Below the pieces are notes generated by a model, which saw nothing but the letters and a program-made list of their open reading frames with translations, was not told where the DNA came from and ran no database searches. A stretch of 54,366 nucleotides of DNA, counting the filler, from Deltaproteobacteria bacterium (lineage in GTDB: Bacteria > JACQOV01), in NCBI GenBank assembly GCA_016202395.1. It is 4 parts of 4 records of this genome, joined end to end, with 100 filler letters (N's around TTAATTAATTAA, not from the genome) between each part and the next. Parts side by side here need not be neighbours in the genome. Positions count along the whole stretch, not along the records: positions 17,060 to 36,558 come from JACQOV010000020.1; positions 36,659 to 46,853 come from JACQOV010000021.1; 2 more parts are not named here. One strand, 5' to 3'. Within the stretch, counting starts at the first letter, position 1; each line of letters begins with the position of its first letter. A program made the translations under genes and the position numbers. Below, one piece after another: positions 33,927-44,403 of this stretch.

Positions 33927-35071
33927 GCGGCAAGCCTCTTTTGTGAAGTGGTTGTTGTTTGAAGCATCCGTTCTAAAGCAACGCGAGCCCACTGTTTTAC
34001 TTCCTTAGGAACTTGAATCCGATTTACAACCTTTCCTTGAGCTAGATTTTCTAAAACCCACAGAAGATGGCGAGGATCGATGCGAAACATCGTGGAGCAA
34101 ACACAAACGGTGGGAGAGAGAAAATAGATCTCTTGATCGGGATGATTTTTCTTAAGACGATTTACTAAGTGAAGTTCCGTGCCAATCACCCATTTCGAGC
34201 CTGCTGGAGCTTGCTCAACCGTTTTGATAATAAACTCGGTCGATCCCACGGAATCGGCCTGATCCACCACCTCCATCACGCATTCGGGATGAACAAGAAC
34301 CTGAACTCCGAGATGCCTCTTCCGAAACAGATCCACATGCTCTGGGCGAAACATCCCATGCACGGAACAATGCCCTTTCCACAAAATCACCTTTGCTCGT
34401 CTTAAATCCTCGAGAGAATTTCCACCGAGCTCTTCATTGGGATCCCAAATAACCATTTGACTCAATGAGATCCCCATCCTTTTCGCCGTATTCCGACCCA
34501 GATGTTGATCAGGAAGAAATAAAACCTTCTCGCGCTGTGAAAATCCCCATTCCATTAGGGCTTGCGCGTTAGAAGAGGTGCAAACCGCCCCCCCTCTCTT
34601 GCCGCAAAACGCTTTAATGTCGGCGGCCGAGTTCATATAGGTGATTGGCATTACCCCTTCTCTGCCAAAATATTTTTCTAAAGCGCTCCAGGCCCATTCG
34701 ACCTGCTCGAGCACAGCCATGTCGGCCATGGAACAGCCGGCCTCCAGATCAGGAAGGATCACGATTTGATCATCACGGGTTAGGATATCGGCGCTCTCTG
34801 CCATGAAGTGAACGCCGCAAAATAGGATGTAGGAGGCTTTTTGTTCGGAGGCAGTCTTGGAGAGTTTATAAGAATCTCCAGTAAAGTCGGCAAACTGAAT
34901 GATCTCATCTCGTTGGTAGTGGTGCCCCAAGACAGTGATAGAGTCTCGGAGGTCTTTTTTAAGGCGAGCGATGCGCTCTAAAACCTCGTTTTCTGGAAGG
35001 GAATTGTACCTCTCTGGAATCGGTTGCCCTGCCATGTCTTCAAGGGTATCGAAAATGCCGCTCTGTGTCAA
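33923..35071 (-). CDS. nadA: Quinolinate synthase
   Basis: GHHYQRDE, FCGVHFMAE, AGCSMAD, TYMNS, CTSSNA, HPEC, GTE. Confidence 0.95.
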   Translation of the reverse strand: MTQSGIFDTLEDMAGQPIPERYNSLPENEVLERIARLKKDLRDSITVLGHHYQRDEIIQFADFTGDSYKLSKTASEQKASYILFCGVHFMAESADILTRDDQIVILPDLEAGCSMADMAVLEQVEWAWSALEKYFGREGVMPITYMNSAADIKAFCGKRGGAVCTSSNAQALMEWGFSQREKVLFLPDQHLGRNTAKRMGISLSQMVIWDPNEELGGNSLEDLRRAKVILWKGHCSVHGMFRPEHVDLFRKRHLGVQVLVHPECVMEVVDQADSVGSTEFIIKTVEQAPAGSKWVIGTELHLVNRLKKNHPDQEIYFLSPTVCVCSTMFRIDPRHLLWVLENLAQGKVVNRIQVPKEVKQWARVALERMLQTTTTSQKRLAA

Positions 35072-35083
35072 TCCAAGGTTGGG

Positions 35084-35860
35084 TTACAAAGCTGACGGAA
35101 TAACGGCTCGGCCTTGCTCGAGTTCTTCGAGCCACCAACGGTAAAACCCCTTTGAAACCAGCCATTCGATCCGATCTCCCCTCCAAACGATCTTTTGGCT
35201 CTCATAATGAGAATTTTCCCCTTGGAGCTTTTCGGCAGCGCATTTTTTGATGTATTCCTGGTCGTTCTTGACGATCTCCATGGAACGGAGACGTCTGTAC
35301 CAACTGGAGACATGAGGATAGGAATCGCTATCCACGGGAAATCCCAAAACTTTCAGGGCGGATAAATGAGGAAAAAGGGAAAGATCAGCTATGGAAAGAC
35401 TGTCACACACATACTCGCGGTCGGTAAGAGCGCCGTTCAGGATTGACAGAAACTTCAAAAGATCCTTTGTGCCAACCTCGATAAGCCCCGGAGGGGGCTG
35501 GTCTTTCCGCTGGAGAGTAGGCCACGTCCAAATAGAGATATCGTGGATGATCGCATCCAAGACGGTATCCGATAACCTTTGCCAATGCCGCGCCCTGGCC
35601 CTTAAAGCGGAAGATCGAGGGAAAAGAGGGGGTTCCGGATGACAATCCTCGAGATAAGCGACGATATCTGCGGAACCGATAACACACAAATCTCCGTCGA
35701 CCAAAACCGGCACCTCCCCTCGCGGATTTATGGTTTTAAGCTTATCGATCCGGTCCAACGCCAGAGCGTCAACGCGGGAATACTCCAGATTTTTGAATCC
35801 AAGAACAAGACGGACTTTTCGGGCAAAAGGACTGAATGGATTATCATAGAGAATCAACAT
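35084..35860 (-). CDS. Glutathione S-transferase family
   Basis: SPFARKVRL, NPRGEVPVL, SADIVAYLE, SIADL. Confidence 0.9.
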   Translation of the reverse strand: MLILYDNPFSPFARKVRLVLGFKNLEYSRVDALALDRIDKLKTINPRGEVPVLVDGDLCVIGSADIVAYLEDCHPEPPLFPRSSALRARARHWQRLSDTVLDAIIHDISIWTWPTLQRKDQPPPGLIEVGTKDLLKFLSILNGALTDREYVCDSLSIADLSLFPHLSALKVLGFPVDSDSYPHVSSWYRRLRSMEIVKNDQEYIKKCAAEKLQGENSHYESQKIVWRGDRIEWLVSKGFYRWWLEELEQGRAVIPSAL

Positions 35861-36012
35861 AAAATGGTCTGAACAGCTTTTTTTATTCTTGAAAACTAGT
35901 CAACACGCGACGACCCCATTACTTTCTGATGATATTGCATGGCGTAAAGATCAAGAAGACAACCTTTTCTCGAGGACTTCTAAACGACTTTGAAGATCGA
36001 GGATTTGGAACT

Positions 36013-36558
36013 TTAATCGAAGATTTGGGACTTTAATTGGCCGACCTCTTGTCGGAGAGCTTTTCTCTCTCGCACCTCTTCCAGCAGGCATTCTTCAATC
36101 CGACTTAAAGCCGATTTAATCGACTGATACTCTTGACCTAGATCCTCAAATTTTTTGTATAGCCCGTCGATGTGGTTATAGACGTCACTAAACCTTTCAT
36201 CCATCCGATTTTCAATCCGATCCAGCCGTTGGTCCGTCCGGTCAAAACGTCTCTCAATCTGAACAAAATAGGCATCGTGTTGAGTAAGTCGTGTCTCAAT
36301 CCTGTCAAACCGGCCATCCATTTGTTTAAATTGATCGTCAACCTTCCCAAATCGAGCATCCACTTGCTTAAATTGATCGTCAATCTTCTCAAACCGACCG
36401 TTGACTTGCTTAAATTGATCGTCAATCTTCTCAAACCGACTGTTGACTTGCTTAAATTGATCGTCAACCTTCTCAAACCGACTGTTGACTTGCTTAAACT
36501 GATCGTCAACCTTCTCAAACCGACTGTTGACTTGCTTAAACTGATCGTCAACCTTCTC
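36013..36558 (-). CDS. Heptad-repeat coiled-coil protein, 5'-partial (runs into linker), possible C-terminal frameshift
   Basis: Open frame from the gap; EKVDDQFKQVNSRF repeats, then RF/RL heptads. Confidence 0.75.
   Translation of the reverse strand, partial: EKVDDQFKQVNSRFEKVDDQFKQVNSRFEKVDDQFKQVNSRFEKIDDQFKQVNGRFEKIDDQFKQVDARFGKVDDQFKQMDGRFDRIETRLTQHDAYFVQIERRFDRTDQRLDRIENRMDERFSDVYNHIDGLYKKFEDLGQEYQSIKSALSRIEECLLEEVRERKALRQEVGQLKSQIFD
36307..36558. repeat. 42-bp coding tandem repeat, at least 6 units
   Basis: Unit aaaccgactgttgacttgcttaaactgatcgtcaaccttctc, diverging toward 36307. Confidence 0.9.
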
Positions 36559-36658
36559 NNNNNNNNNNNNNNNNNNNNNNNNNNNNNNNNNNNNNNNNNN
36601 NNTTAATTAATTAANNNNNNNNNNNNNNNNNNNNNNNNNNNNNNNNNNNNNNNNNNNN
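36559..36658. other. Artificial contig linker
   Basis: N44-TTAATTAATTAA-N44. Confidence 0.98.
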
Positions 36659-36679
36659 AGGCCAAGCAAAAGAAATGGT

Positions 36680-36943
36680 TGGGGGAGGTAGGACTCGAAA
36701 CGAGCGGTTCATTTCGAGCCGTGCCCCTGTTGGCTCCGCAAAGCAGCGGAGCGGATGGCTCACAATCGGTGTCGATCCGTGAAACCTACCCTTTCCGTGC
36801 GTGTTCCCCCAGTGTGAAATCGGGGGACGTAGCTGCTTTGCGAAGCCTACAGTGGCTAGGCGAGAAATGCTAGCGAGTTCAGAGACCTACCTCCCCTCAT
36901 GGGTACTCCGAAAATTTCTTGAAGTTCGCTCAAAGAACATTCC
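36680..36943 (+). repeat. Repeat family C, complete copy, abutting a family B tail
   Basis: Ends ggggaggtagg/cctacctcccc; core shared with 17060 and (reverse) 13970-14285; conserved tail aaaatttcttgaagttcgctcaaagaacat. Confidence 0.8.
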
Positions 36944-36957
36944 TCAGTGCTAAATAG

Positions 36958-38148
36958 TTAGAACTCTTGGACCGATTTCAGATAACCCTTGTAATTCCGT
37001 ATCGTCTCCTCCAGCGAATCCCCACCAAATTTCTCCAGAAAAGCTCGCGCAATCTCAAACGCAACCACTCCCTCTGCCACCACACAGGCTGAAGGGACCG
37101 CACAGAAATCGGAACGCTCCACCGTGGCCTCAAACGTCTCCTTCGTCTCAATATCCACGGAACGCATCGGTTTGTAAAGGGTTGAAATTGGCTTCATGGC
37201 TCCACGCACCACAATCGGCTGGCCATTGCTCATCCCCCCTTCCGTTCCACCGGCGCGATTACTCCCCCGATGAAATCCCATCTCAAGAAGGTTCGGTTTT
37301 TTGTAAAAAATCTCATCGTGCACCTCGGAGCCCCATCGCCGAGCCGCTTCAAACCCCAATCCTATCTCAACCCCTTTGATCGCCTGAATGCTCATGACCG
37401 CTTGAGCCAATCTCCCATCTAACTTTCGATCCCACTGGACATGACTTCCCAAACCGATCGGAACGCCCAAAGCTTGAACCTCAAAAACCCCACCCGAGGT
37501 GTCGCCGCGAGACTTGGCCTCATCAATTTTCTCCATCATCGCTTTTTCCAAGTTTTTATCCGGAACGCGAAGCTCAGAGGCCTCCGATTTTTCAAAGATC
37601 GCTTTCGGCCCCTTTGCAAGCCATTTTTGATACTCTTCCTCCGAGAGTCGAATCCCTCCGATCTCTACAACCCAACCGATCACTTCGATCCCAAATTCCT
37701 TGAGAAATCTCTTAGAAATAGCCCCCACGGCTACTCTTGTCACCGTCTCTCGCGCAGAGGCCCTCTCTAAAATATTACGAAGATCCCGATGCCCATATTT
37801 AACAGCCCCCGCAAGGTCCGCATGGCCCGGACGCGGTTTGGTAACCACTCGAGAGATCTCTCCCCCCACCTCGGCAATCGACATAATCTTTTCCCAATTT
37901 TTCCAATCCTTATTCTCGATCCGAAGAGCAATAGGAGAGCCTAAAGTTTTTCCCTGTCGAACCCCAGATAGAATCTGCGCCTGATCTTTCTCAATCTTCA
38001 TCCGCCCGCCACGCCCATATCCTCTTTGACGACGAACAAGCTCCTGATTAATCTCCTCTTCAACTAGAGGAAGCCCAGCAGGAATCCCTTCAAGAACAGC
38101 AACGAGACAAATTCCATGTGATTCTCCTGCATTTAAATAGCGCAACAT
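36958..38148 (-). CDS. aroC: Chorismate synthase
   Basis: [45 protein letters not shown]. Confidence 0.97.
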   Translation of the reverse strand: MLRYLNAGESHGICLVAVLEGIPAGLPLVEEEINQELVRRQRGYGRGGRMKIEKDQAQILSGVRQGKTLGSPIALRIENKDWKNWEKIMSIAEVGGEISRVVTKPRPGHADLAGAVKYGHRDLRNILERASARETVTRVAVGAISKRFLKEFGIEVIGWVVEIGGIRLSEEEYQKWLAKGPKAIFEKSEASELRVPDKNLEKAMMEKIDEAKSRGDTSGGVFEVQALGVPIGLGSHVQWDRKLDGRLAQAVMSIQAIKGVEIGLGFEAARRWGSEVHDEIFYKKPNLLEMGFHRGSNRAGGTEGGMSNGQPIVVRGAMKPISTLYKPMRSVDIETKETFEATVERSDFCAVPSACVVAEGVVAFEIARAFLEKFGGDSLEETIRNYKGYLKSVQEF

Positions 38149-38185
38149 CCTTTAACCTCTTAATTTCCCTACTCGAAGGGGTTAT

Positions 38186-40318
38186 TCATATTTGTGGTGG
38201 CGGAGTCATGACTTTCGGAGTAATAAAAACGAGGAGCTCCGATTTATCCTGATCCACCGATCTGCGCCGAAAGAGCCAACCGATAACGGGGATATCTCCC
38301 AAAACGGGAACTTTCGTCACAGCCGTTGTATCTGTGACCTCAAAAATCCCGCCAATGACCGTCGTTTCTCGATCCTTTACCAAAACCTCGGTGTTGGCCG
38401 ATCGCTTTGAGATCGCAGGCCCTGCTCCCTGAGTATCGATGCTGGTGTCAGGAGCATTTCGTTCCACGGTGATCTTCATAATCACCGACCGATCGGCCGT
38501 AATATGAGGGGTTACCTTCAGTGTCAGCGTGGCATCGATAAAGATGGTGGTTGTTCCTAAAGAAGAGGTTGTTTCAAAAGGGATCGTCACCCCTTGTTGG
38601 ATTGTGGCCTCCCGATTGTCCAACGTCGCCACACGCGGAGTGGAGATGATTTTGGCTTTTCCCGTGCTCTCCAGAGCGGAGAGTCGAAGATCGAGAAGAG
38701 CCGTGTCTCCAATTTGCCCTAACAAGACGCCGAGTGAACCTGCGGGGGTCGTCGTCGTGGGAAGATTCACAGCAAAGTCGGGTGTTGTGGGAGCGCCGGC
38801 CCCTCCTGCATTCCCTCCTGTCACACTCACATCCCCTTCGCCATAACTTCCTCCCCATTGAACTCCAAGCTCCTCCGTTAAATTGGAGGTCACTTGGACA
38901 ATTCGAGCCTCAATCATAACCTGAGGGGTCGCTTGATCCAAACGATGCAACAGCGCTCGCATCTCATCCACAACGGACGGGATATCTTTAACGACGAGCG
39001 CGTTGGTCCGACTATCGACTTTTAGAGAACCTCTCTCGCTTAACAACGGTTTTACCTGCTCCTGAATCTCCTCGGCGTCCGCATAATTCACCGGCAACAC
39101 TTTCATCACCAACTCTTCCAATTTTTCCTTGGAACGCATGGCTTCCAACTCTTTGGCCTCCTCCTCGCGAAGAGTCTCTAAGGGGGCGATGCGAACCACA
39201 TTCCCCATCCGTTTTTGCCCCAAACCTGAAGAAGACAAGATCACCTCTAACGCTTGATCCCAAGGGACATCCACAAGTCGCATCGTTACCTTTCCTTCGA
39301 CATCCTCCCCTGCGATGACATTGAGTTGGCTCACCTCCGCAATAAGCCTTAAAACATTCTGGATATCAGCATCCTTGAGATCCAAAGAGATCTTCCTTCC
39401 AATGAATTCCTTTTCTCTCGGCTCCAACTCCTCAAAATTCTGGGAGGGTTGAGGAACCGGGACGAGGGTCGTTACAGGGGCCGGTTTCGGGGTAGAAGGA
39501 ACCACGGGGTTTGCGGAAATCTCTTCTTTGGGCCTCTCAATCCCCGCCATAACCACCAACTGATTCCCCTCCTCCGAGATTTGATACGGGGGAAGCTCGC
39601 TCTTTTTCGTATCAAGAACCAAACGGACTCCTCCATTAGAGCTCCCTAAACGAACCTGGGAGATACCTCCCTTTTCAACCACATATTTTTGCTTCTTCGT
39701 TTTTAAAACAGCGCCCGGAAGATCGATCACCAATCGATTCGGATCGATCATCTCAAAAGAATGAAAGCTTCCTCCCTCCCCTTCTCGCGTAAATCGGATC
39801 TCCACCTGATCCTCTCCTCCACCCACTTCTACAGAGACAACCGAAGAAGCCCCGTGAGGCGCCTCTTCTTCCTTCGTCTCTACCTCCGCCGTTTTATCTT
39901 CCCCTTCCAAAAAGAGAACGACCTTGTTCCCATCGACACGCGCCTCATGAGCCATCGATTGAGCCAGATGGACCTCCACGCGAACAATCTCTCCCAACTC
40001 CGGACTCAAAGGAAGCACTTTGACCCCCACATCCGAATCCTGGATAATGGGGGGAGGATCCTCTCCAACCCACACCGCAGAATTTAAATCCAATGTGACT
40101 TGATTCGATCCTTCCACCTCAAACACCGTAAAGACAGGAGAACGGGATCCCTCGACGATCACCTCCCACCCCTGTGGGGTTTGGGAAAGATCGATGGAGC
40201 GAATCTCATTGGGCCCTTCTTGTTCCTGGAGCTCTGGTTTTGGAGCCGACGCGCACCCCAAAATGAAACTGAGGATCCAAAGGGCTGCCATTTTTTTATG
40301 GGGATTTGGATGTTTCAC
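38186..40318 (-). CDS. pilQ: Type IV pilus secretin with AMIN domains
   Basis: ISLDLKDADI, VPWDQAL, QVMIEARIV, KVPVLGDIPVIGWLF, ELLVFITP. Confidence 0.93.
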   Translation of the reverse strand: MKHPNPHKKMAALWILSFILGCASAPKPELQEQEGPNEIRSIDLSQTPQGWEVIVEGSRSPVFTVFEVEGSNQVTLDLNSAVWVGEDPPPIIQDSDVGVKVLPLSPELGEIVRVEVHLAQSMAHEARVDGNKVVLFLEGEDKTAEVETKEEEAPHGASSVVSVEVGGGEDQVEIRFTREGEGGSFHSFEMIDPNRLVIDLPGAVLKTKKQKYVVEKGGISQVRLGSSNGGVRLVLDTKKSELPPYQISEEGNQLVVMAGIERPKEEISANPVVPSTPKPAPVTTLVPVPQPSQNFEELEPREKEFIGRKISLDLKDADIQNVLRLIAEVSQLNVIAGEDVEGKVTMRLVDVPWDQALEVILSSSGLGQKRMGNVVRIAPLETLREEEAKELEAMRSKEKLEELVMKVLPVNYADAEEIQEQVKPLLSERGSLKVDSRTNALVVKDIPSVVDEMRALLHRLDQATPQVMIEARIVQVTSNLTEELGVQWGGSYGEGDVSVTGGNAGGAGAPTTPDFAVNLPTTTTPAGSLGVLLGQIGDTALLDLRLSALESTGKAKIISTPRVATLDNREATIQQGVTIPFETTSSLGTTTIFIDATLTLKVTPHITADRSVIMKITVERNAPDTSIDTQGAGPAISKRSANTEVLVKDRETTVIGGIFEVTDTTAVTKVPVLGDIPVIGWLFRRRSVDQDKSELLVFITPKVMTPPPQI

Positions 40319-40809
40319 TCTTCCCCCTCCTCTTTTCTCAATTTTATAATCTCCTCATGGGTTCGAACACGCCCCAGAGGATCGTTATACTCTTCAACCA
40401 CCTTGATCCAATCGGAACCGACCTCTGCCACTTTCCCTCCACTCTTGCCAACCCCTGTTCCTATCTGAACAATATATCCCTTCCCATCCGGATCCTCTAA
40501 CATCGCTCGAGGCTCCGCGATCCCTGAAACAACCCCCACCAACACCAACTGGCTCAGATCATACTGCTGCAAAGGGGTGAGAAGAGCCTCCCCCTCTTTT
40601 CTCTTACGCTCCACCAAAAGTGGCTGAAAAGGATCTGGCTTGTCATCAGAGGTGTAATGATATTCTAGAACCTCTGGACTGGCAACCGAGTCTGAAGAAG
40701 CTCCTTTCTGAACCGCTTCAGGGACAGCGATCGGTTGTGGTGGGGAGGTCTTCTCTTTCTCACAACCTAGAACCAAAACCATCAGTGACACTATAAAAAC
40801 TTTCTTCAT
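40315..40809 (-). CDS. pilP: Type IV pilus lipoprotein PilP
   Basis: Lipobox VLGC, DPFQP, PLQQYDLSQL.LVG; start reassigned to 40809. Confidence 0.9.
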   Translation of the reverse strand: MKKVFIVSLMVLVLGCEKEKTSPPQPIAVPEAVQKGASSDSVASPEVLEYHYTSDDKPDPFQPLLVERKRKEGEALLTPLQQYDLSQLVLVGVVSGIAEPRAMLEDPDGKGYIVQIGTGVGKSGGKVAEVGSDWIKVVEEYNDPLGRVRTHEEIIKLRKEEGEE

Positions 40810-40813
40810 TTCT

Positions 40814-41401
40814 TTATAAAACCTCTTCCCGCCCTTCTTCAACAAAACGATAAGCCTCTGCAATAAAGGAGGCTGAGACCACATAGCCATGTTTGGAAAG
40901 TTCCACCTCTCCAATCGACACATCATGGATGTGAACCACCCGCGGCATCTGGCCCACCTTCTCAAAAAAGAGGGCGAGATCATGAAAATTCCCAACCACT
41001 TTCATTTGGATGGGCAGAACTGCGTAAAATTCCTTCACCCCCTCTGTTTGAGGGCCAAACGACCGAACATCCAAACTGGATTGTTTTGCTAACGCGGAAA
41101 TATCCGAAAGAAGCTGGGCAATCTCTCCCTCCGCCGGAAGTTTGTGAAGAGCCTCCTTAAATTCCTGGTCGATCCGTTCAAACTCGTTTCGGAAGAGCTC
41201 CCAATGGTCCGTGACAACCTTTTGATCGGCATAGAGCTGCTGGACCCCCTGGAACTGCTGGACCAACTGCGTTTTGTTTCCCATTAAAGGGAACAGATCC
41301 AACATTCCAAAAATAGCAACGGTCCCCCCTAACAAAACCCCTCCAAGGAGGAGGCGACGCCTTCGAGGAAGTTGCAACCATTTTTCTAAGAAACGATTCA
41401 T
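40814..41401 (-). CDS. pilO: Type IV pilus protein PilO
   Basis: LP..GEIAQLL.DI, EFYAVLPI...GNFHDL..FF; start reassigned to 41401. Confidence 0.9.
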   Translation of the reverse strand: MNRFLEKWLQLPRRRRLLLGGVLLGGTVAIFGMLDLFPLMGNKTQLVQQFQGVQQLYADQKVVTDHWELFRNEFERIDQEFKEALHKLPAEGEIAQLLSDISALAKQSSLDVRSFGPQTEGVKEFYAVLPIQMKVVGNFHDLALFFEKVGQMPRVVHIHDVSIGEVELSKHGYVVSASFIAEAYRFVEEGREEVL

Positions 41402-41994
41402 TCCAAACCTCCGACCGAATCTCCAATTGGAGGGATCCGAAGTTCGCAACGGATCTGAAAACGGGTCAGCTGGATCCCTTTTTCTTCCACCCATTCGGTA
41501 GAGTGCAACACCACCGTATCAAAGTAGGGGGAGCGATCTAGATTCATGAGAAACTCCGCAACCCCCTCGGGAGAAAGAGCCATGCCTATGAATTCTACCT
41601 TGGTTCCGACTTCTTTGTAAGAGGTAAGCCAAAGTTTCTGAGGGATGTCACTCTGAGAATCGGTCGGGATCGAGGAAGCCAGTTGATCGAGGATCTTCAC
41701 AGCGTTCAATTTCCCCTCTTCCAAAGCGCTAATCACTTTAAGCTTCTCCTCCAAAATCTCTTTCTTGCGTTTGAAGGTATCGACCTCTTCGGAAACCTGC
41801 TGCAATCGTGTGATCTCCTGTTGTAACTGTTGAATCGCACTTTGCATCCCTTTCACTCCCGAAGAAAAAAACAGATGAAGCGAGACCATTAACAGAAGGA
41901 CCCAAAAAAGGCCGCCCCCCATTAGGGTCAGCTCCCGCTTAGCCCGAAGACGGCGACGTTCCTCCCAATTCGAAAGAAGATTAATGCGAATCAT
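41398..41994 (-). CDS. pilN: Type IV pilus protein PilN
   Basis: MIRINLL, TM, coiled coil, LWLT, SPYF. Confidence 0.9.
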   Translation of the reverse strand: MIRINLLSNWEERRRLRAKRELTLMGGGLFWVLLLMVSLHLFFSSGVKGMQSAIQQLQQEITRLQQVSEEVDTFKRKKEILEEKLKVISALEEGKLNAVKILDQLASSIPTDSQSDIPQKLWLTSYKEVGTKVEFIGMALSPEGVAEFLMNLDRSPYFDTVVLHSTEWVEEKGIQLTRFQIRCELRIPPIGDSVGGLE

Positions 41995-43022
41995 CGACTT
42001 TCCCCTCTCATGGCAAGACCAAAGGCTACGGCAAACTGGGAACCTTCCGCCTCACCACGCAAGCTGGAATCCAACCCTAAACGCTCAAAAGGATCTAAAA
42101 TTTCAACGGGAATCCCCATACGCTCTCCGAGAGCCTCTTGCAGACTTGGCGTTTTGGCCCCTCCTCCGGTGAGATAGACTTTCTGGATCCCAATCTCTCG
42201 AGAGGAGGCCGGAGCGAAATCGAGGGACCTCTGAATCTCTAAAACAACTTGTTGTGAAACCTGCCGAAGAATCTCCTTCAGCTCGACATCGCAGTCTCCT
42301 TGCCTTTTCTTCACTTCAGCCTCCTCATAACTCAGGTGAAAACGTCGCTGAAGCTCTTCGGTGTAGAGCTTGCCCCCTACGGGAATCTCCCGTGTAAACA
42401 CAGGGATCCCTTTCTGAAGCATCAAAACGTTGGTGGAGGTAGCTCCCACATTGGCCAAAAAGACCGATTCGGCAGGAGAGGTTCCATTGGAAAGTTCTAA
42501 AAAGTTAATCAAAGCGATCCCCTCGAGATCTACAATAATCGGCCTCAAGCCCGCTTCCACCAAAAGTGAACGCACGTCTTCCACGACATCCCTTTTGGAA
42601 GCCACGAGAAGCGCTCGAAGTTGTGTGGGATCTTCCTGAACCGGTTCCAGCGCTTGAAAGTCAAAATGCACATCAGCCATATCAAAGGGGATGGAGCGTT
42701 CGGCCTCCATTCGGATGCTCTCTTCAACCCTCTCGCTTTCCCCGCGAGGGACAACAATCGTTTTCAGAATGACAGAGCGACCCTTGATGGCTGTAACCAC
42801 TTCTGCTTTCCCTAAAGAAAGCTCGTCAGCCGCCAAACGTATGGCCTCCGAGATTGCAGAGGGGATCATCAAGGTTCCTTCCACAATGGCATCGGGAGGA
42901 AGCTTGCGCATAGCAACTCCTTTCAAGGCCCAACGCTTCCCTTTTCTCTTCAGAGCCACTACCTTGACACTCTCAGAGCCGATATCGACCCCTACCCACG
43001 GTTTTGAAATAAGAAATTTCAA
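41991..43022 (-). CDS. pilM: Type IV pilus actin-like protein PilM
   Basis: VGVDIGSESVK, EIQRSLDF, LTGGGAK, AFGLAMR. Confidence 0.92.
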   Translation of the reverse strand: MKFLISKPWVGVDIGSESVKVVALKRKGKRWALKGVAMRKLPPDAIVEGTLMIPSAISEAIRLAADELSLGKAEVVTAIKGRSVILKTIVVPRGESERVEESIRMEAERSIPFDMADVHFDFQALEPVQEDPTQLRALLVASKRDVVEDVRSLLVEAGLRPIIVDLEGIALINFLELSNGTSPAESVFLANVGATSTNVLMLQKGIPVFTREIPVGGKLYTEELQRRFHLSYEEAEVKKRQGDCDVELKEILRQVSQQVVLEIQRSLDFAPASSREIGIQKVYLTGGGAKTPSLQEALGERMGIPVEILDPFERLGLDSSLRGEAEGSQFAVAFGLAMRGESR

Positions 43023-44401
43023 GATCCCCCCTCTCCAATATGCCCTAGTTCGTATTCCTTAATCTTGTAGAGAAGAGCTCGATGACTGATCTCTAAAAGT
43101 TTGGCGGCATGGGTTCGATTCCCGTGGGTTTTCTGTAAAGCTCTTTGAATCAAGTCCACCTCCATCTCTCGCGTTGCCTTCTTGACGGAAAGATCGGTAT
43201 CGAGCAAAGGCCCGCGCGGGGAATACCCCCGCTGAACGGGGGTGGGCAGATCCTCCAATTTAATTTTATCCGTCTTAGTTAACACCGTGGCCCGCTCTAT
43301 CGCGTTCTCAAGCTCGCGCACGTTCCCTTTCCAGTCGTACTCCATAAACATCTTCATCGCTGGAGAATCCACTCCTTGAATCGTCTTTTCCATCCGCTGA
43401 TTGTATTTTACAACAAAATGCTCCACGAGTAACGGAATATCTTCACGCCGTTCACGTAAAGGGGGAATGTGGATCGGCATCACGTTCAAGCGGTAGAAAA
43501 GATCCTCCCGAAAACGCCCCTCTTTCATCTCTTGTTCGAGGTTGCGAATGGTTGCGGCCACGATTCGGACGTCCACTTTAATAGGCCGAGTGTCTCCCAC
43601 CCGACGGATCTCCTCTTCCTGCAAAACGCGAAGAAGCTTCACTTGAAGCATCAGGGGAAGTTCTCCAATCTCATCCAAGAAAAGGGTCCCCCCATGAGCC
43701 TCTTCAAAAAGTCCTTTCTTCGTTTGAGTGGCCCCTGTAAAAGCCCCTTTCACATGCCCAAAGAGTTCACTCTCCAACAGGTTTTCAGGGATGGCGCCGC
43801 AATTAACGGTTACAAAAGAACCTCCACTCCGTTGGCTGTTGTAATGGAGGGCCTTGGCAACCAGCTCCTTCCCCGTGCCACTCTCTCCCAAAATTAAAAC
43901 GGTGGTCTTGTAATCGGCAATCTTCTGAATGGTTTGAAAGATCTGAAGCATGGAGGCGCTCTTGGCGATCATGCTCTCAAATCCATAGTTATGATGAACC
44001 TCTCGCTTCAAACTCTCGTTTTCTCGCAAAAGCCGTTGTCTCTCCTCGGCCTTCTTTAGGGTGAGAAGAACCTCATCCTCTTTGAACGGTTTTGAAACGT
44101 AATCGAAGGCCCCCGCCTTCATCGCCTCAATGGCCGTATCCACAGTCCCAAAGGCAGACATCATGATAATGGGGCTCTGAATCCCGTTAGATTTGCATTG
44201 TCTGAGAAATTCCATCCCGTCCATGTCGGGCATTCGAACGTCGCACAGGATGAAATCGAGGATATTTTTCTCCATTTTTCGAAGGGCCTCCTTTCCATCG
44301 GCCGCCGTCTCCACCGTGTACCCTTCAAACGAAAGAAGGTCCTTTAAGAAGTTGCGCATCTCCTGTTCATCATCCACAATCAATATCGAATGTTTTTCCA
44401 T
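43019..44401 (-). CDS. Sigma54-dependent response regulator (PilR2/NtrC-like)
   Basis: REC, GESGTGKE, GAFTGA, LFLDEIGE, FREDLFYRL, C-terminal HTH. Confidence 0.93.
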   Translation of the reverse strand: MEKHSILIVDDEQEMRNFLKDLLSFEGYTVETAADGKEALRKMEKNILDFILCDVRMPDMDGMEFLRQCKSNGIQSPIIMMSAFGTVDTAIEAMKAGAFDYVSKPFKEDEVLLTLKKAEERQRLLRENESLKREVHHNYGFESMIAKSASMLQIFQTIQKIADYKTTVLILGESGTGKELVAKALHYNSQRSGGSFVTVNCGAIPENLLESELFGHVKGAFTGATQTKKGLFEEAHGGTLFLDEIGELPLMLQVKLLRVLQEEEIRRVGDTRPIKVDVRIVAATIRNLEQEMKEGRFREDLFYRLNVMPIHIPPLRERREDIPLLVEHFVVKYNQRMEKTIQGVDSPAMKMFMEYDWKGNVRELENAIERATVLTKTDKIKLEDLPTPVQRGYSPRGPLLDTDLSVKKATREMEVDLIQRALQKTHGNRTHAAKLLEISHRALLYKIKEYELGHIGEGGS

Positions 44402-44403
44402 CT

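Noticed and set aside
36138..36606. Regular 42-bp repeats as a possible CRISPR array, and alternative-frame ORFs (LLKLIVNLLKPTVD; TINLSKSTVGLRRL)
   Set aside because: Units are contiguous with no unique spacers; the alternative ORFs are shadows of the coding heptad repeat
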